In this document: positions 26,201 to 39,300 of the stretch, piece after piece | Position numbering within the stretch: the stretch's first letter is position 1 | How the letters are laid out: every line of letters starts with the position of its first letter | Source of the DNA: Mobula hypostoma | Taxonomy: Eukaryota | Direction of reading: 5' to 3' | DNA length: 64,000 nucleotides | NCBI RefSeq assembly: GCF_963921235.1 | Contig: NC_086103.1 | Location: 117,304,001-117,368,000 of the forward strand | Notes under the pieces: model-generated | Databases searched by the model: none | What the model was told of the DNA's origin: nothing | What the model saw: only the letters and a program-made list of their open reading frames with translations | Program-made: the position numbers and the translations under genes

Positions 26201-26760
26201 GTGCTTCTGAATTACCCCCAGAAACTTCATCATCCCTGCTAGTATCCTCTTCCATCGGCTTTTGCCAGCTCCTCTCTCATGCCTCTGTAGTTACCATTAC
26301 CCATCTGTAATAACAGCGCATCTGATTTTAGCTTTTCCCTCTCAGACTGCAGGGTGAATTCTATCATGTTATGATCATTTTCTCCTAATGGTTCCTTTAC
26401 CTTAAGCTCCCATCCAGAATTGCCTTTTTTCTAGTGGGTTTGACCACAAGCTGTTCTAAATGTCATCTTGTAGGTACTCTACAAATTCCTTCTCTTGTGA
26501 TCCAGCAGCAACCCTATTATCCCAATCCTCCTGCATATTGGAATTCCCCACAGCCATAGTAATATTGCCCGTTATGTATTCTTTTTTCTATCTCCTATTA
26601 TAATTTGTATCCCACATCTTGGATACTGTTCGGTGGCCTTCATATAACTCCCATCAGAGTAATTTTATCCTCGTAGTTTCTTAACTCAACCCACAAGGAT
26701 TCTACAACATATCATCCTATATCACTTTTTCCCAGTATTTGATTTCATTTTTTGCAAGCA
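23226..26760 (-). mobile_element. Decayed CR1 ORF2 with nested inserts (RTE-like ~24610-25170; CR1 3' end ~25394-25691 on +)
   Basis: YLDFQKAFDK, GVPQ..ILGP, ADDTK remnants; the nested + strand CR1 has a (TTCTATGT)n tail. Confidence 0.75.
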
Positions 26761-27279
26761 CATTCTACCTGGATGGCCCCCAGAATGATGGTGTCACAGT
26801 TTGGTTGCTCATCCTCCCACACTCATCCTGACAGGAAGCAACATTCTCTGACCTGTTGGGCAAACTCAAAGCTGAGGCTCTACCAGCACTACCTCTTGGA
26901 CCTCCAGTCTGCCTCCCTTGCAGTCAGACCCCCTTATCCCTCCTCAATCACAGTCACACTCTTTTGTCCCCTTTCTATTGTTTACTACAGCTGTACAAGT
27001 AGAATAGTGCCACTGAGTAAAAGTACTGTTGTCGTAGCTTGAAAGAGTTACTTGCAAATTGAGCGACTTACTTGTAAAAATTTAACATGCAAAATTAAAT
27101 CCACTGACGGTTTTACTTTACAAGGAAGGACTTTGTAACTCTCCATTATTATTTGTTTATAGATAAATGAAAAAAACATTAACTATTCCATATTCACGTT
27201 CTGTTCTGACTCAAAAATAGGCTTCACCTTGGCACCGTGGATAACCACGTCAGTGCAATGCTTCACAACCCTAATGAGA

Positions 27280-30200
27280 ATCCAGTAGCCTTTACTAAGA
27301 AAAAGTAAATGAGAAAGAAAAATGGTACAATGTCTATGTGATACCCAAACTGGACAAATGACTACTTATTAAATTGGTAATGATGCTGAAATTGACAACA
27401 GTTGGACATTTCATTATTGTCCACTTCTTGCTAAATCATTCAATGCTTATTTAATGTAGTGTACTGTAATAATCCATGATGTCTGTAAATGTACTAACAA
27501 AGGATCACACATGATAGCTTTTAGTTGCATATATCGGAGATGAATTGGGTAACAATGAAGTTAAAAATGATCAAATTGGAAGCTTTATTAACAGGAGTGA
27601 AGCAATCTGGAGAATTCTAGCCTAAGGATAGGGAATACTTCAGATTTCAGAAAAAGAGGACAAAGAAATTGATAAGGGAAGGAAAAGTAATTAGAAGAGT
27701 AATGGTGTAAGAATCATATAAACTACAAATCTAAAGATATGCAATAACTAGAAAGCCTGTGTGTCCTGTACATAGTTCAATGTCAGAACAACTGAGAAAA
27801 TCTGAGATTTTGCCATGCAAGTTAAGTTTAGCATAAGGATTTGCACTACGGTTCTTAGTTTGGCGAAAACACCTATAAGAATTGCTTCTTGGACTAACTG
27901 GGGATTAATTTTAATTTTTCCGATGAGAATTGATGAAATTATTTTTTGTTGGCATGTGCGCACTAAGAAGTACTTCTAGTTTGTCCAAAATTCCTACATT
28001 AAGTTTGGGCATGAAATATGAAAGCAAGCTAGCAAACGATATCAAAGTGGATAGTAAAAGCTTTTTCAATTCTGTAAAAAATAAAAGAGAGATGAGAGTG
28101 GGTATAGGACCGCTAGAAATTGAGGCGGAGAAATAATAACGGGGGACAAGAAGATGGCAGGTGAACTAAATTAGTATTTTGCATCAGTTTTCACTGTGGA
28201 AGACATAAGCAGTGTGCCAGATTTTGAAGGGTGTGAGGGAAGAGAAATAAATGCAGTTATTATTACAAGGGTGCTCAAAAAGTTGAAAGACTTAAGGGTA
28301 CACAAGTCACCCAGTGCAGATGAACTACACCCTAGGGTTCTGAAAGAATTTGCAGTAGAGACTGTGGAGTCATTAGTAATGATCTTTCAAAAATCGTTGG
28401 ACTCTGACATTGTTCCGGAGTACTGGAAAATTGCAAATCTCACTCCACTCTTTAAGAAAGGAGGAAGGTAGCAGCAGAAAAGAAATTATAGACCAGTTAG
28501 CCTGACCTCAGTGGCTGGAAGGATGTTGGAGTCAATTGTAAGGATGAAGTGATGGAGTACTTGGTGACACAGGACAAGATAGGACAAAATCAGCAAGGTT
28601 TTCTTAAGGAAAACCCTTACCTGATGAACCTGTAGGAATTCTTTGAGGAGATTACAAGTAGGATGGATAAAGGGAATGCAGTGGATGCTGTATATCTGGA
28701 CTCTCAAAAGGTCTTTGATAAGGTGCCACACATGAAGCTGCTTACCAAGTTAAGAGCCTGTGGTATTACAGGCATGGTTAGAGCATTGGTGGATTGGTAG
28801 GAAGCAGCGAGTGGGAATAAAAGGATCCTTTTCTGTTTGGCTGCCAGTGACTAGTGGTGTTCCGCAGGGGTCGGCGTTGGGACTGCTTCTTTTTATGCTG
28901 TGTATCAATAATTTAGATGATGGAATAGATAGCTTTGTTGCCAGGTTTGTTGATGATATGAAGATTGGTGGAGGGGCAGGTAGTGTTGAGGAAACAGGTA
29001 GGCTGCAGAAGGGCTTAGATAGATTAGGAGAATGGGCAAGAAAGTGGCAAATGAAATACAATGTTGGAAATGCATGGTCATGCACTTTGGTAGGAGAAAT
29101 AAATGTGCAGACTATTTTCTAAACGGGGAGAAAATCTAAAAATCTGAGATGCAAGGGGACTTGTGAGTCCTTGTGCAGAATACCCTAAAGGTTAACTTGC
29201 AGGTTGAGTCAGTGGTGAGGAATGCTAGCATTCATTTCAAGAGGTCTCAAATGCAAGAGCAGGGATGCAATGCTGAGGTTTTATAAGGCACTGGTGAGGC
29301 CTCACCCTGAGTACTGTGGACAGTTTGGGGCTCTTCATCTAAGAAAAGATGTGCTGGCATTGAAGAAGGTTCAGAGGAGGTTCACAAGGTGGATTCGGGA
29401 ATGAAAAGGTTATCATATGAGGAATGTTTGATGGCTCTGGGTCTGTACTCACTAGAATTTAGAAAGCTACATTTAGTGAGATACCAAAGAAACACCTTAG
29501 ATACCATTACAAAGACAAAGGGATCATTTTTCTTCGAACGTTTCTGGTGGAATTAACAAAATTCCTTTCCTATTGGGTCAACTTGTGGCTCAAGTACAAA
29601 GACAAAATATGATTGCCCTGTCTGTGGCATCATTAGGCATTGTTTCAACACATTTGGCCAGGATTGCAGGCAGCGGTGGGAAAAGAAAATATCACCTTTG
29701 TCTTTTCAATTCCCTTTAAATATGACAAACATGGGGACTTCAACATTGATCAGAGAACCTCAGAGGAAAAACTCTAAAAATTTGTAAATCCAATTGTGTG
29801 GGTTTGAAGTAGTCATTGATGCATCAGGCCAAATTTGCCAAATCATACACAATATGATAAATTACTGGGAGGTGTTCCTTTAGTGGTAGATGGAGATTTT
29901 CCTTAAACATTACCAGTAATCCCTTGAGGTACTACAGTAAATGAAGTGAAAGCCCTCATTAAAGCATCAGATATCTGGTAGGTGATCCATCTATGAGAGA
30001 GTCTGTGTTGCTTTATTCAGATTAGGAAATGGGGAAATTAAACATAAAGACTCCAAAAGGAATAATTTCAGTGGAAAACTTGGCCCAAGCTGTTACATCA
30101 CTTCATGATCTGACGCAAGCTGTTTTCCCAAATGTCACTCAACACCATCTGTTACCAATGGTTGTGTATTGGAGGAATTCTAGCACCAAAAATTACATTG

Positions 30201-30740
30201 TGCAGTACTTGAATAAAGATCTTCTTTCAAAGCTTCCAGGGAAACCTGCACAATATAAATCTGCTGGCAGTGTGACAAACGTTAATGAGGTTGTGTATCG
30301 TCCTGTTGATGTTTGAACTTCCTGACACCACCTGGTATGCCATCATATAATTTTAAACTAAAAAGAGATCCAAACATGCTACTCAACAATCTGGATCCAC
30401 ATGATACAAGAATTCAAGTTTACCCGTTCAAAAATTACTACTACATGTAATTAAAACTACAACAATGTATGGTAATGCTATTAGGGAAAATATCTTCTTC
30501 CTTCCGATATCAATTATCAAACTGTTCTATTTCTTCAATTCCAGTGACCTCATTTCCCTGTTCAATTTAGCTTTGCTTTGAGCCTTAACAACGCACAAGG
30601 AAAATCACCAAAAATTTGCAGGCCTTAACTTTGAAACTTAATGTTGTTCCCATGGTCAATTATGCATATGTTGCTTCAGAGTTGAAGATAAAGATGATCT
30701 TGACTTTCAAAAAAGAGAAATCAAGTCTATTCTGAAGCAC
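27280..30740 (+). mobile_element. Helitron RepHel fossil (end of Rep region 27280-27620; PIF1-like helicase 29470-30740), interrupted by CR1
   Basis: Manual translation gives EIDNSWTFHYCPLLAKSFNAY, CKCTNKGSHM, NEVKNDQIGSFINRSEAIWRIL, IALSVASLGIVSTHL, LGGVPLVVDGDF..TLPVIP.GTTVNEVKALIKAS, LTPPGMP, FPVQFSFALSLNNAQGKS, SHGQL. Confidence 0.8.
28011..29465 (+). mobile_element. CR1 ORF2 RT fragment
   Basis: KSPSADELHPRVLKE, GVPQGSALG, FVDDMK, RPHPEYC. Confidence 0.9.
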
Positions 30741-30808
30741 TTCAACGTTTACGTATTGTACATAAGTACATACCTACTTAAAAAGAACAATAGTAACTGC
30801 AGTATTTG

Positions 30809-31373
30809 TGCAACACCCTGGGAAAGGTTTCACTGCTAACGTAATGGTCTTTCTGTAGAAGCAATGTTTGGGTTATGGTTAGAGATAATGGGTGCTTTGG
30901 AATGTGAGCCGTCCAATAAGGAAAGTGTGTTTTCGTGCTGTGTGCCTGACACCAAGGTGATGTTGGTCATTATATTTGGATGGAGATGGAGAGAGAAGAC
31001 GCCAGAAAGGAGAGGTCGTGGACACCCGAAAGGAGTGGACTTGGAGTGGGGCTGGGAGTCGAAGAAGCCTGGGGAACTCGATGGAGGATCAGCGAAGGGG
31101 AAACCATGACCTCCAACTTGTGCACAGTAGATTGTTGCATTAAAATGGGCCCTTTTCTTTTTGCTTTACTTTCCCAACACTTTAGTCAAATTAAGAATTA
31201 TAAAGCTAAATTGTTTAATTGCATATGGTGTATTGTCTGTTATTTCATGGTACTGATTTGTGACAGGGTGACACATCACGCAGCATCCATACAGACAGGG
31301 GGTTTTGCACCTCTGGCGAGGCCAGAGATCGTCTTCCCTCAAGTTACCCAGTTCACAGAACCTGAGGGTTACA
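30809..31373. mobile_element. Solo LTR (Gypsy-type)
   Basis: Termini TGCAAC...GTTACA with 4-bp TSD TTTG (30805-30808 and 31374-31377); no internal ORF. Confidence 0.8.
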
Positions 31374-31622
31374 TTTGGATACATTTTATAAATTGATCAT
31401 TTCTATTAAACTATATAATTGTAATCCCCTAATTACACCAGCCTTTGAAATAATTATATATCTAATGTAGATTTTATGTTGTATACAGGATGTGTTATGA
31501 AAGTAGATTGCATGGAAATAAAAACAAACATCATGATTGCCTGCATTATAACTTGAGCCATGCTGGATTTAGCATCTGGTAGATATACACTCAGTCACCA
31601 CTTTATTAGTTACACCCGCTTG

Positions 31623-34600
31623 ACATAGGTAGGAAGAGGTCCTGAAAGGAGAATATAGGGAGCTAGGAAGGGAGTTGAGAAAAAGGACCGCAAAGGTAGT
31701 AATCTCGGGATTACTGCCTGTGCCACGCGACAGTGAGAGTAGGAATGCAATGAGGTGGAGGATAAATGCGTGGCTGAGGGATTGGAGCAGGAGGCAGGGA
31801 TTCAAGTTTTTGGATCATTGGGACCTCTTTTGGCGCAGGCGTGACCTGTACAAAAAGGACAGGTTACACTTGAATCCTAGGGGGACCAATATCCTGGCAG
31901 GGAGATTAGCGAGGGCTACTGAGGTGACTTTAAACTAGAATGGTTGGGGGGTGGGAATCAAATTAAAGAGGCTAGGCGAGAGGAGGTTAGTTCACAACGG
32001 GGATGGGGACCAGTGCAGAGAGACAGAGGGGTGTAAAGTGAGGGTAGAAGCAAAAAGTAGTAAGGAGAAAAGTAAAAGTGGCAGGCCGACAAATCCAGGG
32101 CAAGCATCAAAAAGGGCCACTTTTCAACATAATTGTATAAGGGCTAAGAGAGATGTAAAAGAGTGCCTGAAGGCTTTGTGTGTCAATGCCAGGAGCATTC
32201 GTAACAAGGTGGATGAATTGAAAGTGCAGATTGTTATTAATGATTATGATATAGTTGGGATCACAGAGACATGACTCCAGGGTGACCAAGGATGGGAACT
32301 CAATGTTCAGGGATATTCAATATTCAGGAGGGATAAACATGAAAGAAAAGGAGGTGGGGCGGCGTTGCTGGTTAAAGATGAGATTAACGCAATAGAAAGG
32401 AAGGATATAAGCCGGGAAGATGTGGAATCGATATGAGTAGAGCTGCATAACACTAAGGGGCAGAAAACGCTGGTGGGAGTTGTGTACAGGCCATCTAACA
32501 GTAGCAGTGAGGTCGGGGATGGTACTAAACAGGAAATTAGAAATGTGTGCAATAAAGGAACAGCAGTTATAATGGGTGACTTCAATCTACATGTAGATTG
32601 GGTGAACCAAATTGGTAAAGATGCTGAGGAAGAGGATTTCTTGGAATGTATGCGGGATGGGTTTTTGAACCAACGTGTCGAGGAACCAACTAGAGGCAGG
32701 CTATTCTAGACTGGGTTTTGAGCAATGAGGAAGGGTTAATTAGCAATCTTGTTGTGAGAGGCCCCTTGGGTAAGAGTGACCATAATATGGTGGAATTCTT
32801 CATTAAGATGGAGAGTGACATAGTTAATTCAGAAACAAAGGTTCTGAACTTAAAGAGGGGTAACTTTGAAGGTATGAGACGTGAATTAGCTAAGATAGAC
32901 TGGCAAATGACACTTAAAGGATTGACGGTGGATATGCAATGGCAAGCATTTAAAGATTGCATGGACAAACTACAACAATTGTTCATCCCAGTTTGGCAAA
33001 AGAATAAATCAAGGAAGGTAGTGCACCCGTGGCTGACAAGAGAAATTAGGGATAGTATCAATTCCAAAGAAGAAGCATACAAATTAGCCAGAAAAAGTAG
33101 CTCACCTGAGGACTGGGAGAAATTCAGAGTTCAGCAGAGGACAAAGGGCTTAATTAGGAAGGGGAAACATAAAAACTGACTAAAAGCTTTTATAGATATG
33201 TAAAAAGGAAAAGACTGGTAAAGACAAATGTAGGTCCCCTATAGACAGAAACAGGTGAATTGATTATGGGGAGCTAGGACATGGCAGACCAATTGAATAA
33301 TTACTTTGGTTCTGTCTTCACTAAGGAGGACATAAATAATCTTCCAGAAATAGTAGGGGACAGAGGGTCCAGTGAGATGGAGGAACTGAGCGAAATACAT
33401 GTTAGTAGGGAAGTGGTGTTAGGTAAATTGAAGGGATTAAAGGCAGATAAATCCCCAGGGCCAGATGGTCTGCATCCTAGAGTGCTTAAGGAAGTAGCCC
33501 AAGAAATAGTGGATGCATTAGTGATAATTTTTCAAAACTCGTTAGATTCTGGACTAGTTCCTGAGGATTGGAGGGTGGCTAATGTAATCCCACTTTTTAA
33601 AAAAGGAGGGAGAGAGAAACTGGGGAATTATAGACCGGTTAGCCTAACGTCGGTGGTGGGGAAACTGCTGGAGTCAGTTATCAAAGATGTGATAACAGCA
33701 CATTTGGAAAGCGGTGAAATCATCGGACAAAGTCAGCATGGATTTGTGAAAGGAAAATCATGTCTGACGAATCTCATAGAATTTTTTGAGGATGTAACTA
33801 GTAGAGTGGATAGGGGAGAACCAGTGGATGGGGTACATTTGGATTTTCAAAAGGCTTTTGACAAGGTCCCACATAGGAGATTAGTGTGCAAACTTAAAGC
33901 ACACAGTATTGGGGGTAAGGTATTGATGTGGATAAAGAACTGGTTAGCATACAGGAAGCAAAGAGTGGGAATAAACGGGACCTTTTCAGAATGGCAGGCA
34001 GTGACTAGTGGGGTACCGCAAGGCTCAGTGCTGGGACCCCAGTTGTTTACAATATATATTAATGACTTGGATGAGGGAATTAAATGCAGCATCTCCAAGT
34101 TTGCGGATGACACGAAGCTGGGCGGCAGTGATAGCTGTGAGGAGGATGCTAAGAGGATGCAGGGTGACTTGGATAGGTTGGGTGAGTGGGCAAATTCGTG
34201 GCAGATGCAATTTAATGTGGATAAATGTGAAGTTATCTACTTTGGTGACAAAAATAGGAAAGCAGATTATTATCTGAATGGAAACAACAGGAATTCTGCA
34301 GATGCTGGAAATTCAAGTAACACACATCAAAGTTGCTGGTGAACGCAGCAGGCCAGGCAGCATCTGGAGGAAGAGGTGCAGTTGACGTTTCAGGCCGAGA
34401 CCCTTCATCAGGACTGACTGATTATCTGAATGGTGGCCGATTAGGAAAAGGGGAGATGCAACGAGACCTGGGTGTCATTATACACCAGTCATTGAAAGTG
34501 GGCATGCAGGTACAGCAGGCGGTGAAAAAGGCGAATGGTATGCTGGCATTTACAGCAAGAGGATTCGAGTACAGGAGCAGGGAGGTACTACTGCAGTTGT

Positions 34601-35185
34601 ACAAGGCCTTGGTGAGACCACACCTAGAGTACTGTGTGCAGTTTTGGTCCCCTAATCTGAGGAAAGACATCCTTGCCATAGATGGAGTACAAAGAAGGTT
34701 CACCAGATTGATTCCTGGGATGGCAGGACTTTCATATGGAGAAAGACTGGATGAACTAGGCTTGTACTCGTTGGAATTTAGAAGATTGAAGGGGGGATCT
34801 GATTGAAATGTATAAAATCCTAAAGGGATTGGACAGGTTAGATGCAGGAAGATTGTTCCCGATGTTGGGGAAGTCCAGAATGAGGGGTCACAGTTTGAGG
34901 ATAAAGGCGAAGCCTTTTAGGACTGAGATTAGGGAAAACTTCTTCACACAGAGAGTGGTGAATCTGTGGAATTCTCTGCCACAGGAAACAGTTGAGGCCA
35001 GTTCATTGGCTATATTTAAGAGGGAGTTAGATATGGCCCTGTGGCTAGGGGGATCAGAGGGTATGGAGGGAAGGCTGGTGCAGGGTTCTGAGTTGGATGA
35101 TCAGCCATGATCATAATAAATGGCGGTGCAGGCTCGAAGGGCCGAATGGCCTACTCCTGCACCTATTTTCTATGTTTTCTATGTT
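31623..35185 (+). mobile_element. Young CR1 LINE: ORF1 SGNH/GDSL-esterase C-terminus, ORF2 endonuclease and RT (disrupted), 3' tail
   Basis: KVVISGLLP...DRLHLNPRG; NARSIRNK, GITET, GDFN, SDH; full RT motifs; TTCTATGT tail. Confidence 0.95.
34282..34420 (-). mobile_element. 139-bp Penelope-derived insert consisting of a hammerhead plus 3' tail
   Basis: 13-bp TSD ATTATCTGAATGG (34269-34281 and 34421-34433); hammerhead core at 34380-34415. Confidence 0.9.
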
Positions 35186-35700
35186 TAATTCAAATATTTA
35201 AGCACCAATCATGTGGCAACAATGAAATGCAACAAATAAGCATGCAGACACGGTTAAGAAGTTCAGTTGTTGCTTAGATCAAACATCAGAAAGGGAAAAA
35301 AATATGATATAAGAGACTTAGACCATGGAATGATTTTAGTCTCTGATGGGGTGGTTTTAGTATCTCAGAAACTTCTGATCTCCTGAGATTTTCATACACA
35401 ACAGTCTCTAAAGTTTACAGAGAATGGTTTAAAAAAACAACAAAAAAAATCCAATGAGTGGCTGGCAAAAGTACCTTGTAAATGAGAAAGGTCAGAGGAG
35501 AATGGCCATACTGGTTCAAGCTGACAGGAAGGCGACAGTAACTCAGGTTACATGGTTACCATCTACAGTAGGCAGAATAAAAATCACTGCAGGTCTGTTG
35601 GCCCACACCCTTCTAATCTATAAAGTTAAGCCTGCTCAAGTTATTTCTATATAAGCTATGGTAATGAGGACATGTACACATCTCCATCTGCAATCTTTAC

Positions 35701-35772
35701 CTTAAATTTCTCATTAGCTTTCTTTTGTTGATGGTTTTGCAGCTTCTCATAGGTACTATGCAGTTGACTGAG
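35701..35772 (-). CDS. DEUP1: DEUP1-like coding exon (72 nt, phase 0 to 0): LSQLHSTYEKLQNHQQKKANEKFK
   Basis: Acceptor ttttctattcttcAG; aligns by eye to FSKLTNNFEKLRLHQ; donor AAG/GTAAAG inferred because read-through meets TAG. Confidence 0.7.
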
Positions 35773-36396
35773 CTGAAGAATAGAAAACAACAAATCACAG
35801 TAACAAATTACTACAACAAAAGGATATACTTCATTGTTTTTTCAATTATTCACTTTTGCACTTTTATGTGGTAGTACGTGATCCACATCACGTTATACAG
35901 AACCATTGATTGGTATTCTTCCCACACCACTGGGATAAAACAAGTGAACATCGGTACATCAACAAGAGATCAAGTATGGAATTCAGCAGATATAGAAACT
36001 GGTAAAATGGTGGAGCTTACACTCATAGCCAATTGCCATGGCCTAAACATGTGGGTGCATTCAGAGAATGCTAGGTAATTATTTGAGGGTGAAGTAAATG
36101 AAGGTTATAATGATGCTGTTACATAAACAGGAGAAGAACCAAATGAAGTGTTAATGCTGGCAGCCATTGGTTGGGCTGAATGGTCTGCTTCTATATAATT
36201 CTATGCCATAATGTGCAAGAGTCACTACTAAGATACTCTTCAGGCAAGCAATGATCCACTGGCTTCACTGATGATCACAATGTAATTTCATGTGGAAACA
36301 TATTTTATACTAAAATTAAGTATGTTTATGTTCAAAGTGAGGGAACACATCAAGAGACCCTAAATGCATCCTGTAAATCACCTAAATATTTCCTTT

Positions 36397-39300
36397 AAGA
36401 TGGCAGCGTGTTCGTACACTTTGGCCTCTCTGGGGCCAATCAAATGTGCACCTTTCTTTTTAAAATGTGTTTTTTATGATCATAAGACTACACTGTACTC
36501 CAAGAACAACAGGTACAGCAGGTCTACGGCTATCAGTGATGTGTTGGTTGTTCAGATCCACTGGCCAGGATCTCAAAGGAGACGGTGGACAAGTCAGAGA
36601 AGGAGAATCTGGCGCTCGGGTCAGAGAAGGAGAAGCCGGTGGACGGGCGGGAGAAGGTGAAGACAACGGTGGGGCCAGAGAAGGTGAAGCCAGCGCAGGG
36701 GACGGAGAAGGTGAAGACAGCGGAGGGGACGGAGAAGCTGAAGCTAGTGCAGGGGACGGAGAAGGAGAAGGCAACACAGGGGACGGAGAGGGTGAAGACA
36801 GCGCAGGGGACGGAGAAGGTTAAGGCAGCGCAGGGGACGGAGAAGGTGAAGGCAACACAGGGGACGGAGAAGGTGAAGACAGCGCAGGGGACGGAGAAGG
36901 TGAAGACAGCGCAGGGGACGGAGAAGGTGAAGACAGCGCAGGGGACGGAGAATGTGAAGACAGCGCAGGGGACGGAGAAGGTGAAGACAACGGTGGGGCC
37001 AGAGAAGGTGAAGCCAGCGCAGGGGACGGAGAAGGTGAAGACAGCGGAGGGGACGGAGAAGGTGAAGACAGCGGAGGGGACGGAGAAGGTGAAGCCAGCG
37101 CAGGGGACGGAGAAGGTGAAGCCAGCGCAGGGACAGAGAAGGTGAAGACAGCGCAGGGACAGAGAAGGTGAAGCCAGAGCAGGGGACGGAGAAGCTGAAG
37201 CCAGCGCAGGGGACGGAGAAGGAGAAGGCAACACAGGGACGGAGAAGGTGAAGGCAGCGCAGGGGACGGAGAAGGTGAAGACAGTGCAGGGGACGGAGAA
37301 GGAGAAGGCAACACAGGGACGGAGAAGGTGAAGACAGCGCAGGGGACGGAGAAGGTGAAGGCAACACAGGGACGGAGAAGGTGAAGACAGCGCAGGGGAC
37401 GGAGAAGGTGAAGACAGCGCAGGGGACGGAGAAGGTGAAGGCAGCACAGGGGATGGAGAAGGTGAAGACAGCGCAGGGGACGGAGGAGGTGAAGGCAACA
37501 CAGGGACGGAGAAGGTGAAGACAGCGCAGGGGACGGAGAATGTGAAGACAGCGCAGGGGACGGAGAGGGTGAAGACAACGGTGGGGCCAGAGAAGGTGAA
37601 GCCAGCGCAGGGGACGGAGAAGGTGAAGACAGCGCAGGGGACGGAGAAGGTGAAGCCAGCGCAGGGGACGGAGAAGGTGAAGACAACGGTGGGGCCAGAG
37701 AAGGTGAAGCCAGCGCAGGGGATGGAGAAGGTGAAGACAGTGCAGGGACAGAGAGGGTGAAGACAACGGTGGGGCCAGAGAAGGTGAAGCTAGCGCAGGG
37801 GACGGAGAAGGTGAAGCCAGCGCAGGGGACGAAGAAGGAGAAGGCAGCACAGGGGACGGAGAAGGTGAAGGCAGCGCAGGGGACGGAGAAGGAGAAGGCA
37901 ACACAGGGGACGGAGAAGGTGAAGGCAGCACAGGGGACGGAGAAGGTGAAGGCAGCGCAGGGGATGGAGAAGGAGAAGGCAACACAGGGGACGGAGAAGG
38001 TGAAGGCAGCACAGGGGATGGAGAAGGTGAAGACAGCGCAGGGGACGGAGAAGGAGAAGGCAACACAGGGGACGGAGAAGGTGAAGGCAGCACAGGGGAT
38101 GGAGAAGGTGAAGACAGTGCAGGGGACGGAGAGGGTGAAGACAACGATGGGGCCAGAGAAGGTGAAGTCAGCACAGGGGACGGAGAAGGTGAAGACAGCG
38201 CAGCGGACGGAGAAGGAGAAGGCAGCGCAGGGGACAGAGAAGGAGAAGGCAACGCAGGGGACGGAGAAGGAGAAGGCAGCGCAGAGGATGGAGAAGGTGA
38301 AGGCAGCGCAGGGGACGGAGAAGGTGAAGGCAGCGCAGGGGATGGAGAAGGTGAAGGCAGCGCAGGGGACGGAGAAGGAGAAGGCAACACAAAGGACGGA
38401 GAAGGTGAAGATGACGGTGGGGCCAGAGAAGGTGAAGCCAGCACAGGGGACAGAGAAGGAGAAGGCAGCGCAGGGGACAGAGAAGGTGAAGGCAGCGCAG
38501 GGGCCAGAGAAGGTGAAGCTAGCGCAGGGGACGGAGAAGGAGAAGGCAGCGCAGGGGACGGAGAAGGAGAAGGCAGCGCAGGGGACGGAGAAGGAGAAGG
38601 CAACGCAGGGGACGGAGAAGGTGAAGGCAGCGCAGGGGACGGAGAAGGAGAAGGCAGCGCAGGGGACGGAGAAGGAGAAGGCAGCGCAGGGGACGGAGAA
38701 GGAGAAGGCAGCGCAGGGGACGGAGAAGGAGAAGGCAACACAGGGGATGGAGAAGGTGAAGGCAGCGCAGGGGACGGAGAAGGAGAAGGCAGCACAGGGG
38801 ATGGAGAAGGTGAAGATGACGGTGGGGCCAGAGAAGGTGAAGCCAGCGCAGGGGACGAAGAAGGAGAAGACAGCGCAGGGACAGAGAAGGTGAAGCCAGA
38901 GCAGGGGACGGAGAAGCTGAAGCTAGTGCAGGGGACGGAGAAGGTGAAGGCAACACAGGGGACGGAGAAGGTGAAGACAGCGCAGGGGACGGAGAAGGTG
39001 AAGACAGCGCAGGGGACGGAGAATGTGAAGACAGCGCAGGGGACGGAGAGGGTGAAGACAACGGTGGGGCCAGAGAAGGTGAAGCCAGCGCAGGGGACGG
39101 AGAAGGTGAAGACAACGGTGGGGCCAGAGAAGGTGAAGCCAGCGCAGGGGACGGAGAAGGTGAAGCCAGCGCAGGGGACGAAGAAGGAGAAGGCAGCACA
39201 GGGGACGGAGAAGGTGAAGGCAGCGCAGGGGACGGAGAAGGAGAAGGCAGCGCAGGGGACGGAGAAGGAGAAGGCAGCGCAGGGGACGGAGAAGGAGAAG

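Larger units (their letters stand above)
31588..35553 (+). mobile_element. Tc1-derived non-autonomous element split by a CR1 (left tip 31588-31622; remainder 35186-35553)
   Basis: The joined halves are collinear with the uninterrupted minus-strand copy at 45265-45742; encodes GQRRMA.LVQADRKATVTQ. Confidence 0.75.
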
